A DNA stretch of 64,000 nucleotides from Flaccisagitta enflata (GCA_965153355.1 OZ231126.1:36332001-36396000); one strand, 5' to 3'. Counted from the first letter of the stretch, positions 13,641 to 26,691 are shown. Notes: a model not told the origin generated them from the sequence alone. Made by a program: numbers and translations.

Positions 13641-13945
13641 CCAGAAATTATGTCAGGCCTCGACGAATGAACAGTACGCCGATTGAACAGGGTTGAAAAA
13701 AACTCGGAGAATCGCAAAAATTGTCCAATATACAACCTTCAACCGTAAAAGTACCCCATAGGAATCAAAGAACCGTAAAAGAATAAACCAGGCTAACTAG
13801 GCCAAGTAGATGCGCCGTATGGATCGTCAAACGAATGCGTGACCCAACCGACATACCGACCAACGGACACAGCCAGCTATAGAGGTGCTTTGGCGCACCT
13901 AAAACAAGGTCATTAGACCTAAGTCGCGTGCGAGGGCACTTTTAC

Positions 13946-14384
13946 ATAGTCGCAAAAGCGTTAGATGGTCAGCGGTACCCGTTGCCCCTATGTGAGTTTA
14001 TGTGGGTGTGAGGTGGTTAGAGGGGCAGCGGCCCCGAAGGGGCCGATGACCTATGCTGTTTTTATTTGAGCCTCAAGGCTGGAATTAGGGCCTTGAGGCT
14101 GGGATTTGAGCCTTGGGGCTGGGATTTGAGCCTCGAGGCTGGGATTTGAGCCTCGAGGCTGGAATTTGAGCCTCGAGGCCGGAATTTGAGCCTCAAGGCT
14201 GGGATTTGAGCCTCCAAGCTGGGATTTGAGCCTCCAGGCTGGGATTTGAGCCTGGAGGCTAGGATTTGGGTCTTGAGGCTGAGATATGAGCCTTGAGGCT
14301 GGGGGGGGGTACACTGAAAAGGGAGAAATTTCTGCATATGTGAAAGCATAGGTCATCGGCCCCTTCGGGGCCGCTGCCCAAAAA
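13946..14384 (-). mobile_element. Minisatellite-carrying element with ~35-bp inverted repeats (related copies ~8008-8345, 9911-10245, 19418-19938, 27916-28593, 36841-37368)
   Basis: GGGCAGCGGCCCCGAAGGGGCCGATGACCTATGCT and its reverse complement flank a ~20-bp tandem array (GGGATTTGAGCCTCGAGGCT)n. Confidence 0.75.
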
Positions 14385-15399
14385 GGCAGACAGACAGACA
14401 AATGGACTAAAACATTTAAAAAGACCTATGAACTAGCAACAAAAAGTCTTGAAAACAACTTTGTTACAAACCAATGGACAGACAGACGGACGGACGAACG
14501 GACGGACAGACGATCAAATAAGTGGCTTTTAGAGGTGTATGAATGACATAAAAACATTTAAGGATATTTAAAATGTCTTTGAATTGGCTGTAACACCCTT
14601 TGAACAACTTGTGACAGACGGACTGAAAGACCAACCAAAAAGTGGCTTATAAAGGTTTATAAATGCCTCAGAAACATTCGAAAACATTTAAAATGTCTTT
14701 ATTTTGTGTGAAAAGCCTTTTAAACAGTTTTGTTACCGACCGACCCACCAACTGACCGACCAACTGACCGACCGACCGATTGACCGACCGACCGACCGAC
14801 CGACCGACCGACCGACCGACCGACCGACCGACCGACCGACCGACCGACCGACCGACCGACCGACCGACCGACCGACCGACCGACCGAAAAGTGGCTTATA
14901 GAGTCGCATAACACGCGACTAAGAAGAAAGAGGAATCGTGAATATTCATCTCTGGGCGAAGAAGTCACCCTTCGATGCATCCGGGAATCATCCCCCAAAT
15001 CGTCTGATCGGGGACTCCCAATTCCTCCACCTAATCAGCATCCAAGATGATGACTTTTAAACTATTTTGCAATCCTGGAGAAATAGTGACAAATCCAGTT
15101 TAGAACCAGGGTTTAGAACACCCAGATTATGCCGCTCAATGTTTACTTAAACGTCGTTTGAGTTTCACATAAAAAGCGCGACAGATTGAAGCAAGTCTCA
15201 AATTCTCCGGATCCCCGAATCAAGTTACAATCCGAACGAGTTTGCGTTCATCAACATCATTTTTCGCAAAACAAGAAGAAAAAACAACAAACCAAAAACT
15301 AAAAAGTCAAACAAGAAAAAACGATTATCTTTGAAGATACGTCTATCCGTATCCATATCTCTAAAAAAAAAAATAAAAGAAAACAATAACAAGAAAAAG

Positions 15400-17534
15400 A
15401 TGGCTTCCAACAACACTAATTATGCCGACTTTAACAACACTGCTTGTATCGTTGAAAATCTTCAACTCCTTTCTGGTCAAGCTACGGATGCTCATAATAT
15501 GGATCTCCAACAAGAACTGACAAAATCCAAGCCAAAAATAGAGAAAAAGAAACTCGATCTGTCCGACTGGCGGCGTTGGATTCCATTTGGCGGTGTCGTT
15601 GTTCTCGCTCTTGGTGTTATTGTGGGCGTCATCGTCTGCATTGGTGGCAAAATTCGTCCAGATGCGCGAAATCAACTTGACGGTACGTATTTATTCAGAC
15701 AAGATTAAAACGAGTACTGGTAGACGTTTTACACATTTTCATCCAAAGCTACTATCTAGGAAATAAGTTTGGCAACACCCTTAAAAAGAGATATCTCAAC
15801 TTCTCATTCAGATAAGTAAACAAAATTTATGAGCATTTTAGTCTACGCCAAAAGATCTACTATCTGAGTTCAATATTGTTTCTGTGCATCAAACCATTCA
15901 AAAATACCCTTAGTTTGAAGTTGATCATGTATTTTAAAAAATAGCCAAACAGTTGGATTTCTTTTTTCTCCAACACTTCTATCTTTGAAACACTTTCAAA
16001 TCTTAATAAGAAATGATACAAATATGTGGATTGCACCACTGGTTAGAGCTTGAACTCTAGTTTTATAATCTCATGGATTTTTACTCAGATTTGTAAAGAA
16101 AAGCAACTCAATTTTACAGTTAAAATGACCAAAATTTATTGTTTGATAACCACCTCTTAGGTCCTTGGAGTTGTGATGAATAAACCTCACTTGTAGTCCC
16201 TAAATTGGATTGAAAATTGTTTTTCTCTTTTTTTATTTAGTATAAAGACAAAAATAATCAAAAACAATCAGGAACATAAATTTTGAGCATATGAGGGAGA
16301 AAGCACACTGTCAATCGAAAGTGTCGCCCAACTTTTATCCTAGATAGTACTGCGTGCAATGGCTAAAGAATTGATAATTTGAGAGAATATGCATAGTTAT
16401 TCTCGGTAACTGATAGAAATATGCGAGTAGCTTTGCTTTATCCAAGTATTGGAATTTAGCTGTTGAGCTGTTGCCGACATTTAACTCGTCTGCGAACAAA
16501 GCGTAATCCGAATCCACAATCTCAAGGCAAGATAAACTGTCTTAACGCTGTTGCATACTGGAATTCAGATGCCGTCGCTTTTTTCTTATTTGATTTTACC
16601 ATCATAACAGTCTCTGATGCTAGATAATAAGGAAACTACATGCTTAAACATTGAAAACTGATGAAAAATCGAGGAAGGGAGTTGTTGTCTTGTGGTTCCC
16701 TTCATTAGGAATTGTTTTTGCCTTTCCGCTTCAGCTTTAAAAAAAAAGATTCAAATGATTAACTTTTTTCAAAATCGTTGAAAGATGCAGGGTAATACCT
16801 CTTTTTAGGCTTCCCCAGCGGCGCTCTTCTTTACACATGCGCTAGCACTCCGCTTCTAGTAATGGTGTTATCAATTCTTAATTTTTGTCTAATTAACTTC
16901 ATACTTCACAGCTCCGTCTCCCCTTCCGCAATTGGCTCGTTCTGGAAGAGGAAGAAGGCACCTTCGCAATCAACCAGACGCTGGAAACGTTTGTCAACTC
17001 GAGGGTCTCAACTTGACCCAGCACGAAGTCGGTGACATCAGAACCAAAATATCCAAACAAGGAAATGTCACGATCGCCGATTGGCAGAGGGCCCCGTGGC
17101 TGCCAGATTCCGGCAAATGGAAGAAGAACTTCGCCGTCAAAAATGACGGAATTTTAGTCAAACGCGACGGGATCTACTTCGTCTATGCGAACTTTCCTTT
17201 TACCGGCAACGGCGGAAGTGGAACTGAATGCGCGTATCAACTGCGGTATGGCAACAACAACAACAATAACAACATGATCAACAACAACAACGCAATCAAC
17301 AACAACAACATAATCGACAACAACAAAGTTCGATATTGCCGATGGAAAATCGACGCAAGTACGGGTTCCCACACCATCGCCAATATCCATCAATGCTATT
17401 TGGGTTTCGTGGCGAGAATGTCGAGAGGCGACAGACTCAAAATCATTTTCAACCACAACGAAAGATGCAAAACAAATGTCCACCATTTTAAAAACAATCA
17501 ATTCCTTAGCGTCCTTGGAATCATCAAACAATAG
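15400..17534 (+). CDS. TNF-superfamily ligand B (paralog of A), 2 exons, ~301 aa
   Basis: Exons 15400-15682 (MASNN...GAC G|gtacgt) and 16912-17534 (ttcacag|CT CCG...TAG), with the same phase-1 intron after the TM helix (IPFGGVVVLALGVIVGVIVCIGG). Furin-type RGRR. TNF domain motifs ILVKRDGIYFVYANFPF, ECAYQLRYG, CRWK, CYLGF and FNHNERC are collinear with ligand A. Confidence 0.85.
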
Positions 17535-17962
17535 GAACAATGAGCGTTCATTTTATTACATTTCATTTCATTTTTTAAGCTTCGTTGAATTTGACTCTTT
17601 TCTAACGACAACGTATCATCCGATTTGAAGAACATGTTTCAACTTGGTTAAACATTTACTTTCTTTTCCAAAGAAAATTCATTTCCTTGTTAAGCCATTA
17701 TCACTCCAGTTCAACTACGTTCGATCTGTTTGCAACACAGTTTTTCACATTTGATTTTACAACTGTTGAATTTGGTCACTGTAATTTTAAAGAGCGTCCA
17801 TTTTAGCGTTTCATTATGACTTGTTTATAGGATTATCATAAATCTGATTCCCTTTCTTCTCTTTAACCCTACCAATGGCAATGCTTAGACAGGGTTAGAA
17901 CGAATAGGTGAATAGATGGAATTTAATAGAAAGAAAGGTTGCAAAAAAGAAAGATAAAATGA

Positions 17963-18014
<52 letters not shown>

Positions 18015-18068
18015 AACAAACAAACAAACAAACAAACAAACAAACAAACAAACAAACAAACAAACAAA

Positions 18069-18132
<64 letters not shown>

Positions 18133-18149
18133 CAGAAAGACAGAAAGAC

Positions 18150-18204
<55 letters not shown>

Positions 18205-18244
18205 CAGAAAGAAAGATGAAATGATTTTTTTGCGGTAACCTCGT

Positions 18245-20692
18245 TTACCAAAACGATGACGAATACGTTCGGGTCGTCGACCTCAGAGCGTAAGACAGAA
18301 TATCGATTAGTGGTGAGTAAGGCCAAAACTGATTTAATTCCTGATCGGAGAAGCAAGTGGCCATTCTGGAAAGAAGATCCCAAACCTGGTCAGTTGGGGA
18401 TACCCCACAGTCCATCAAATCCCACCCTGATGCGAAAAAAAAACACCAAACGCCACTTTATACCATTCAACCCACCTGCACAGTCCATCAAATCCCACCC
18501 TGATGGAAAAAAAAAGTTGTTTAATCTCGATCTTAGCTACGCATCGGCATCGCATTTAACTCACGCTTCATTGACATTGTAGAAACTGATAATGGCTCTT
18601 GTAAGGCGCTCAAATTTTGTACCTTAACAACATTTTTGAGTTGTTATTTTTTTTCTATTCTGTCTAATTCGAGGCTAACAATTGAGGCGCGATAACCGCT
18701 GATCTCTTTGCACCAACTTTTTTCTTATCTCAAAGGTCGAACATTGTTTTTGCCTTGAATCTTAAGAAGTGTTCCGGTAAAGAAGAACTAGTCCAGTCTC
18801 AAGCAAGAGGGCATGCGTACATGAATGATACTTGGCGTTGGAATGTAAACAAGTCCTGTTTGGTTGCTTGGGAACCACATTTCCCTATTTCTTCAGCTTT
18901 TTTAGGTGCGACAAAGCACCTCTATAACTGGCTGTGTCCGTTGGTCGGTCGGTCGGTTGGTAACGCATTCGTTCGACGATCCACACCGTCGCACCTATTG
19001 GCCTACTTGGCCTTGTTTACTTGAACAAGGCCAAGTTGGCCAACGATACGTCCTCTTTAAATGAATGTTTTCTCTATGAAAGAATGTATTCAGGCATGAA
19101 TAAATGATTCACTAAATGTATACTACTTTTAATGGGTTAGGCCCACTTTTCTGTTGAAAAATGCATGATTTCGATGTTTTTAATGAATGCATTACTGACC
19201 AACCGACCGACGGAAACAGTCTATTATAGAGATACGAGGACGCATATAAAAAAATCTTAAAAAAGAGTATGGGTCCGCGACTGGCCAAACGGCGTTGTCA
19301 AACTGCGTTTTCAAACGACGTTTTCAAACGACGTTTTAAACGGCAGTTGCAGTAAAGAGCGTCAATGTGAAAATTCCCACACAATATTTTACACATTTTT
19401 ATCCACTTTTTATCACCTTTTTGGGCAGCGGCCCCAAAGGGCCGATGTCCTGTAGGACACAGGGGGGAATTTCGAGACGTCCGTCCATCCTTCCGTACCC
19501 CCCCTTGCCCATCGGAGCCTCAAGTCTGCAGTCTCAGGCCTGATTTTGGCTCTCTGAGCCCTCAAATTAGCCCTTTCAGACCTCAATTTAGCTCTCAAGA
19601 GCTCAAATCAGCTCTCCAGACCTCATATCTGCCCTCAAGACCTCAAATCAGCCCTCCAGAACTCAAATCCGCCCTCCAGGCCTCATATCAACTCATCAGG
19701 CCTTTTATTTGTCCTCTAGGCCTCAAGCCTGCCCCCCAAACCTCAAATCTGCTCTTTTGAACTAAATTCTGCCCTCCCGACTTCAAATCTGCCTAAGGAT
19801 GTCTCAAAATTCACCCCTGTGTCCTACAGGACATTGGCCCTTTGGGGCCACTGCCCTGCTCTCACTCCACTATTTCACTTGATCACTCCAAGCAGGGCAT
19901 CGGGCACCGCTGACCATGTGCGATCCTTGGATGACTATAAGTTTTTGCAGAAGAACGGTTTGTCCGCTGGAACAATGTTTGCTGTCATTGGATCAACAGT
20001 AGTGTCTTTTTTTTAATTTGATAAGGTTAATATGGTAATAATAAAAAATGAAAAATATATCTAGAATTGTAAGACGCTTGTTATTAATTTGAGTATAGAC
20101 TTGACATAATATTTGTATTATACAAAAATTGTTTATCATAAAAATAATAACTAAAAAGTGAGAAAAAGCAGAAAATATCATCAAAAAGAGTCTCATTTGG
20201 CCAAACCATACGCAATTAATAATTTGAAATACCAAATTGTTTCTATTGAATCTCGTACAGCATGCTGTGTCAATGATTCAAGCAAAATTTGAGAAATTAA
20301 TTTTATTTCCTTAATATTTTTTTGAATGCATGAAATATTAAAACCTTGCATTGGCTAACTTCCTGTGCTTGCATCAAGCTGCACACCAAGATTCAACTAC
20401 CCCTAATATCTATCCACGCGTGTGCAAAAGCTTGATAGGATCTGTAGAGTCAGCTAGAGTCAGCTCGCGTTCAAGATATTCCTCAAATATGCAAATTAAG
20501 TAAATGCAATATGAATTTTTGTTTTGAGCAATTTGAATTCTTTTTTTTAGATTAAAGATAAGAAGGAAAACAGATATCTCTGTTTTTGTCTCTCTGTCTG
20601 TCTCTGTCTCTCTCTGTCTCTGTCTCTCTTTGTCTCTCTCTGTCTCTGTCTCTCTCTGTCTCTCTCCGTCTCTGTCTCTGTCTCTCTCTGTT

Positions 20693-20765
<73 letters not shown>

Positions 20766-21569
20766 ATCTCTCAGTAGTTTTAATCAGCCACTCTGTTTCT
20801 ATCTACAGAACAGATAGGCGGCAAAATATTCACTTGAGGGTCTTGTGATCGGAACGGACAAAAAAGGCTTCGATATTGCTAAAGATATATCATTTTCAGC
20901 TAGTCCGCAGTATTTTCGCCGGGGAATCCGAAAATCATAGTCTCGAAAGGCTACAGAAACCAATTCAATATCTTTTGCTAATACTTAATGACTAGTCATA
21001 GCCTATATCTCAGTTGTTTTTTAATGGATTTGAATATGGAACAGATGTTAGGTCAATATAAAAACTGTCATGGAATGTCGATTGATCAAAAACAATATGT
21101 TTACTGATGAAAATGAATTTGTTTATCATCAGATTATAGAAGGAAATACTGCTTTTATCAGTTTTAGGGCGAGAACCATTAGTTAGATTTTTGTTGGGAC
21201 ACTAATCTTGTCGGGACACAAATTTGGGGTAGCAGTATTAAAAAATCAGACTCTCCTACGCCCCTGGCCATGTACATCGAACCATCTGCCTTATGATAGT
21301 CATGACGGCCTTGGCATCAATGTGTTCTCCTCACGCTAGGCCCCAGTCATCGATCTAGTTTTGCTCTTATGCTGGGTCGGATATAGTTTACTCAATCTAA
21401 AACTAATTGTTCTTGATTCTTATCTATATAAAGAAACCTGACTCAAAACTGAACTATTTTTCGATATCTTTTGAAATAGTCTTGCCAAAATAGTCTCGCT
21501 AAAATGTGTCATCCGATGTGAACGAAGATGACGAATCGTGAAATGACACGTCCTATCTTGCTTCGAATT
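18245..21569 (-). CDS. Candidate orphan coding exons (unknown helical protein fragment)
   Basis: Exon 21569-21438 (ttctttctcacag|...CAG|gtttct, 44 open codons) and phase-compatible exon 18385-18245 (ctgaccag|GTT TGG...TAA). Joined: ...MTHFSETILARLFQKISKNSSVLSQVWDLLSRMATCFSDQELNQFWPYSPLIDILSYALR... No family recognised. Confidence 0.25.
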
Positions 21570-21761
21570 CTGTGAGAAAGAACCAAAAAGGCGATTCTAC
21601 GGCGATCTATCTGAGCGTTTCCCGCCATCAATTAGCGCGGGAACAGTTAGTCACGAATTACTCAGATGAAGAGAATTACAACGATAAAAACGCCTTTGCA
21701 TACAGTAGTCAGTAGTCAGTAGTCACATGACTTTGCCACCTAGAATTCTTTACTTTTTTTC

Positions 21762-21866
<105 letters not shown>

Positions 21867-22220
21867 CGAGCGTGGGTGTTAAGGAATAGGGGCGGGGGTT
21901 TGTACGCTCCCGCTCAACCACCCGCGACGATATTGGAACCACGCCGTGGTTCTGAAAGATAACTTAGCACGGTTCTATGATGACATGAGACAAAATAATC
22001 TTTACACAAATTCGAGAGCGGAATTTTTTGTTGTGTACCGTCCAAGTCAGTTTTTAAGTGCGTCCTCGCACTTCTATAAGAAGTCATGCCCGTCCGTCGG
22101 TTGGTCGGTGGGTTGGTTGGTTGGTTGGTCACGCAAACGTGAAATGTGCAAAACGGCTGATTCTGACCTATTTCTTCATTCCTATCATTAATTCATTCAT
22201 TTATTTATTCAAACAAACAG

Positions 22221-22359
<139 letters not shown>

Positions 22360-22885
22360 ACTGATTCCTATTTAGTAGCGGACCCGCGACTCCATAACGG
22401 TCGTTGACCGTCTGTCATTCTGTTAGTTGGTCGCTCTGTCCGTCAATCGGTCTAACAGTCCGTAATGATTAAAAGTGAGTTTCTGTATTTGAGAGAGGGT
22501 GTGGAGGGGGGTTCTACGCCTCTGCCCACCCCCCCCCCCCCCGCGACGATTTTGTAAGTTTTTAACCCCGCGTTACTTGTTAACGATGATGACTACTGAT
22601 CTAATAACAACAGCAACAATAGAGATCCAGCTCTATAATTTCGCTTTAAGTCGCTTTATGTGGCGTTCCGGTTGGTAGCGTATTTAGAAAAATGTTTCAT
22701 CAATAACCATCAATCTTTCAAACAAATGCAGCGATGAAAAACATAACCCGAAACAGTAAGTGAAAAGCACACAACTAAATATATTAAAGCCGGGCAAACC
22801 GACTGACGAGTCGTGCGAACGCAATTTTAGAAGAAGGACAACAGAAAGAATGATATATCTCGAAAGTCAAGACAGAAATGAAGAG

Positions 22886-22952
<67 letters not shown>

Positions 22953-22956
22953 AAAT

Positions 22957-22991
<35 letters not shown>

Positions 22992-23280
22992 TAAAGAAAA
23001 AAGAATGCAAATGAAACGGGAAAATTAAGCCAGGTCAGACAAATCGATGCGATATTCGTGCGACCGACGGACCAATAGATGGTTGCATGTAAGGACGGAC
23101 GGACGGACCAACAGACGGAGGCTAAAATCAAGAGATTTAGAAGAACAGAAAACAAAACAAGGAAAAAACTGGAAATCGACCGAGAGGTCCAACAGAAGAC
23201 AATCTATACACGCTCCAAAATTCTTGACCTTTCACTCTGCATTTTCAAAATTCTTTTTTTGATATAATGTCATTTCGATA

Positions 23281-23898
23281 TTAAAAAAGCGTTAAAACGG
23301 CGAGACTGACGAAGATTTTACACATTTGCCAGGCTTCTGAAAGGCCAAGAAGGAGTTTTTGCGCCATTTCTTTGCCGTTGTCTTCGGTGAGATTTCCGAG
23401 GCGACTCGTCGTAGGAGGCGGCAAGGAAGTTCGCGATGACGCGACGCCGAATCTTGTATTGAAAAATATCATTTTAAGAATCAGGCGTCATAAACACCAA
23501 GAAATCATTATCATAACACACAGATGATGGAACAGAAAATGTTTGAACGCACGTGCACTCACGTGCAGTCAAACACATGAACACACCGTTAAACACATGA
23601 ACCCAAACATCCAAAAAACATGCGCGCACACACACACACACGTACACCCATATATATACTATCTTGCTAATAAGTATATCACCATCTGAAAAAAAGCATC
23701 AACTTTGGAAAAATGCTGATTCTGAACAAGTAAAGCTACATTTGCCAGATTGGTCATATTTTATAGAGTTTAAACAAATATTTGAAATGATACCAATCCG
23801 GTAATCATAGCTTTATTTATATAGGAGCAACACTCTTCCAAAGTTGATGCTTATTTTCAGATGGTGATATACTTATTAGCAAGATAGTATATATATAT

Positions 23899-23933
<35 letters not shown>

Positions 23934-23941
23934 TCACTCAC

Positions 23942-24016
<75 letters not shown>

Positions 24017-26691
24017 GAAAAGAAACCTTTTTGTGGTGGAGAATTTGTGCGGATTTTGCGTTGGCGTCGAAAGAAAAGGGTCAAAAAGCTCGACCTCAGA
24101 ATCTGAGTCGATTTCCTTTTCGCCCTCTGCCGGCTTTCCCTGTGATAGAAACATTTACCATTTTTATAGTCGTTGCCTAAGCAACTCTATAAGAGGATGT
24201 GTACGTTGGTCGGTAGAAAACGCGAAATTTGAGATGAAGCAAAATCGACTAGAATATAAATAGTGATATTTCAGCACGACTGCTTCTGCCCTTCCAAATA
24301 ACAGCTCCCACCCTGTCCCTGCCCTCCCGCATTATTGACCAGGCCACCCGCCAGCGACTACTGATTGGCCGTGTATCCGGCCTTGTTAATTGGAATTTCT
24401 CTTCATCATTTCATTTTAGTCGCTGATTCACGACTTTTTCAGAGATTTTGTCCGTCCATCGGTCCGTCCATTGGTGTACAATAGTCGAGTTGGAATCGGA
24501 TTACAGATGCCTGAGTTCTCACTTACTGCAAGCCAGGCAATTAAGACCATGAAATGGTTTATGGATTTTTAATGTTAAATAAGTAAGCATAGTGAGGGAT
24601 ATTTTTCTACAAAGAATAGCGCCAATGTATCAACAAGTGACGCGGGGTCAGAATATCGTTGCGAACGGGTGGGCAGGGGCGTCCAACCCCCATCCACAGT
24701 GGGCCTTAGTTGAGTACGAGTTCAAAAAAATCCCCAGTGATAGTGACTTGTAGGTAGAATTTATAGTTAAGAATTGATGTAAACCTTTCCCTCGAAAATT
24801 TTTAGCAAAAATCGTTAAAAAGTATTGATTTTCTCATATATTTACATATAGATCTCAAGGATATATCTATTTTGAAATTTTGATCCAAGATTCCAATCCA
24901 ATCATTTTATAGATCAAACTATATACTTTCATGAAAAAATAAGATTTTCATATTTCAGGCTACTATTAGTACCGTTACTTTCTTTGTAACGGTGGCATAG
25001 AAAATGAAAAAAAAAATTTTGATGAATACTGTATATAATATATACTTATAGTGCGACCTATCAAATGATTGAAAATTTTACTAGGAATATGAATCGTGAA
25101 TCAGAAATTCAAAACACATAGATCGTAAAGTTTTATATCAAATATTTGAAAAATTCAAAACATTTTAGTGATTTTGGCAAAAATTTTCAAGGGAAATTTT
25201 TTTTTAAGGGTCGACTTCAATCCTCCACTATAAAATGTACCTACTGATGTAAGTCAATACCTTGGATTTTTTTTTTAACCCATATCCAATCAAGGCCCAC
25301 TGTGCATCCACACCCCAACCCCCAGCGGCGTAGGGCAGGAAAATGGACAGGGGCGTCAGGCCCCAATCTGTGTCCGACTGAATGCAATGTCCGACTCACT
25401 GTGTAATTAGATTACAGTTGAAAAAAGTAGGTAAAAAACTTATAAATTCAATATTTCAGGAGAGGGGTGCAGGTATCAAGACAGTTTAAGTATTTAAATT
25501 ATATCTAAGTTTTTAGAAATATTACAATATGCCAAATGTTTAAAACTTTTTTAACTGATTTTTAAAAAAGAGTACAAAAAATTTATGAGAAAAAAATTTA
25601 TAAAATATAAAAATAATATAAAATGAAAAAAAAACATTAATTGAAAAAAAAAATATAGGTGAAAAAAAGTTTTAAAAGATGAAAAAATCAAAAGACAAAA
25701 TCAAGTTATGAAAAAAAAATGAATAGAACAAATTCATACAATAAAAATTTTATTCAATCTTAATGATTGTAACAGTTTACTCATCTTTGCTTGTGTACCT
25801 CCCCTGTCCATATTCCTTTGTTGGGAATCCATTTTAATAATGTTTTTTTTTTTCCAGTCATTTTGATCAAGTTAAAGGTGGTACAATCCATGGTTACAAA
25901 AATGACTGATGTAACATTGTAACAATTACAAACACCAAGATCCTGAGAGAATCAAGCTTAATTAAGCAAAAAAGATTTTTCTTTCAACATCTTATAAACC
26001 TCAGCACATACTCAGACAGACAAAGAAAGTATCTAAAACGCTTGTTTCCCCACTTGATAACTCGATCATTGCCTACAGACAGACGGACAGAGACAGCCTC
26101 TTATAGAGTTGCGTGTCCGCAACTGAAAATATCGGGGAAAGACCTAACCAGTAAACTACACTCACTTTTGAATACTCGATTAAAGAAAAGAATTACCTTT
26201 TTGTCGCAGATATCTGCGGGTAAATTCCTTTTCCACTCGCAGGCGAGTCTTTTCTGATTCCAAGCGAGATCGCCGTCACATTTCATCGGTGATCCGACTT
26301 TGCCGATTCCAGTGCAAATGTAATAAAGGCGACAGTCGGACTCGTCACCGAAAAACCCGATGCCCGGACACGAGAAGGAGAAATCAGCGCCATCTGCGAT
26401 GGGCGCTTGGAATTGAGCAAAACATGATTCGGAAACAGTTGCCGTTATAGATTGAGTCAAGATGGAGGGGAGGGGGCGGTTTGAAGTTTCAAAACGCACC
26501 CCAAACCCGAGAAAAATCCTAAATTTTGAACTAAAACAAGCCATCAGACTCTCGGAGTTGTCACGTCATCAACACTTAACAGTCACATCATCTTTGCCAA
26601 ACTTTTACTTACGAGTTACTCCGATTATGCCGAATAAAACGCTGAGGAACGGAAGGCTCAAGCTTGATGTTAACTGCGTAAAATCAATCAT
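23281..26691 (-). CDS. Secreted peritrophin-A/CBM14 chitin-binding protein with S/T/P-rich stalk and hydrophobic C-terminus, 4 exons, ~190 aa
   Basis: Exons 26691-26613 (signal peptide MIDFTQLTSSLSLPFLSVLFGIIGVT, C|gtaagt), 26405-26197 (six-Cys CBM14: FSCPGIGFFGDESDCRLYYICTG...KCDGDLAWNQKRLACEWKRNLPADIC, AAG|gtaatt), 24139-24027 (AG|gtttct) and 23452-23281. Phases 1, 0 and 2 are all compatible. The exon-2 acceptor could be 12 nt downstream, and the last exon is the least certain. Confidence 0.75.
23659..23887. mobile_element. MITE with CTATCT termini and TA TSD (related: 15752-16347 in TNF-B intron, 28939-29530)
   Basis: ~50-bp TIR CTATCTTGCTAATAAGTATATCACCATCTGAAAA...; the other two copies are TA|CTATCTAGG...CCTAGATAG|TA. 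Confidence 0.8.
24695..25304. mobile_element. CAC...GTG MITE with 4-bp TSD (Chapaev/Transib-like)
   Basis: TIR CACAGTGGGCCTT/AAGGCCCACTGTG flanked by CATC on both sides; inserted in a HINE end. Confidence 0.7.

Noticed and set aside
14060-14300. Regular 20-bp repeats resembling a CRISPR array
   Set aside because: No unique spacers, no cas genes and a eukaryotic context; it is a minisatellite inside a dispersed element.
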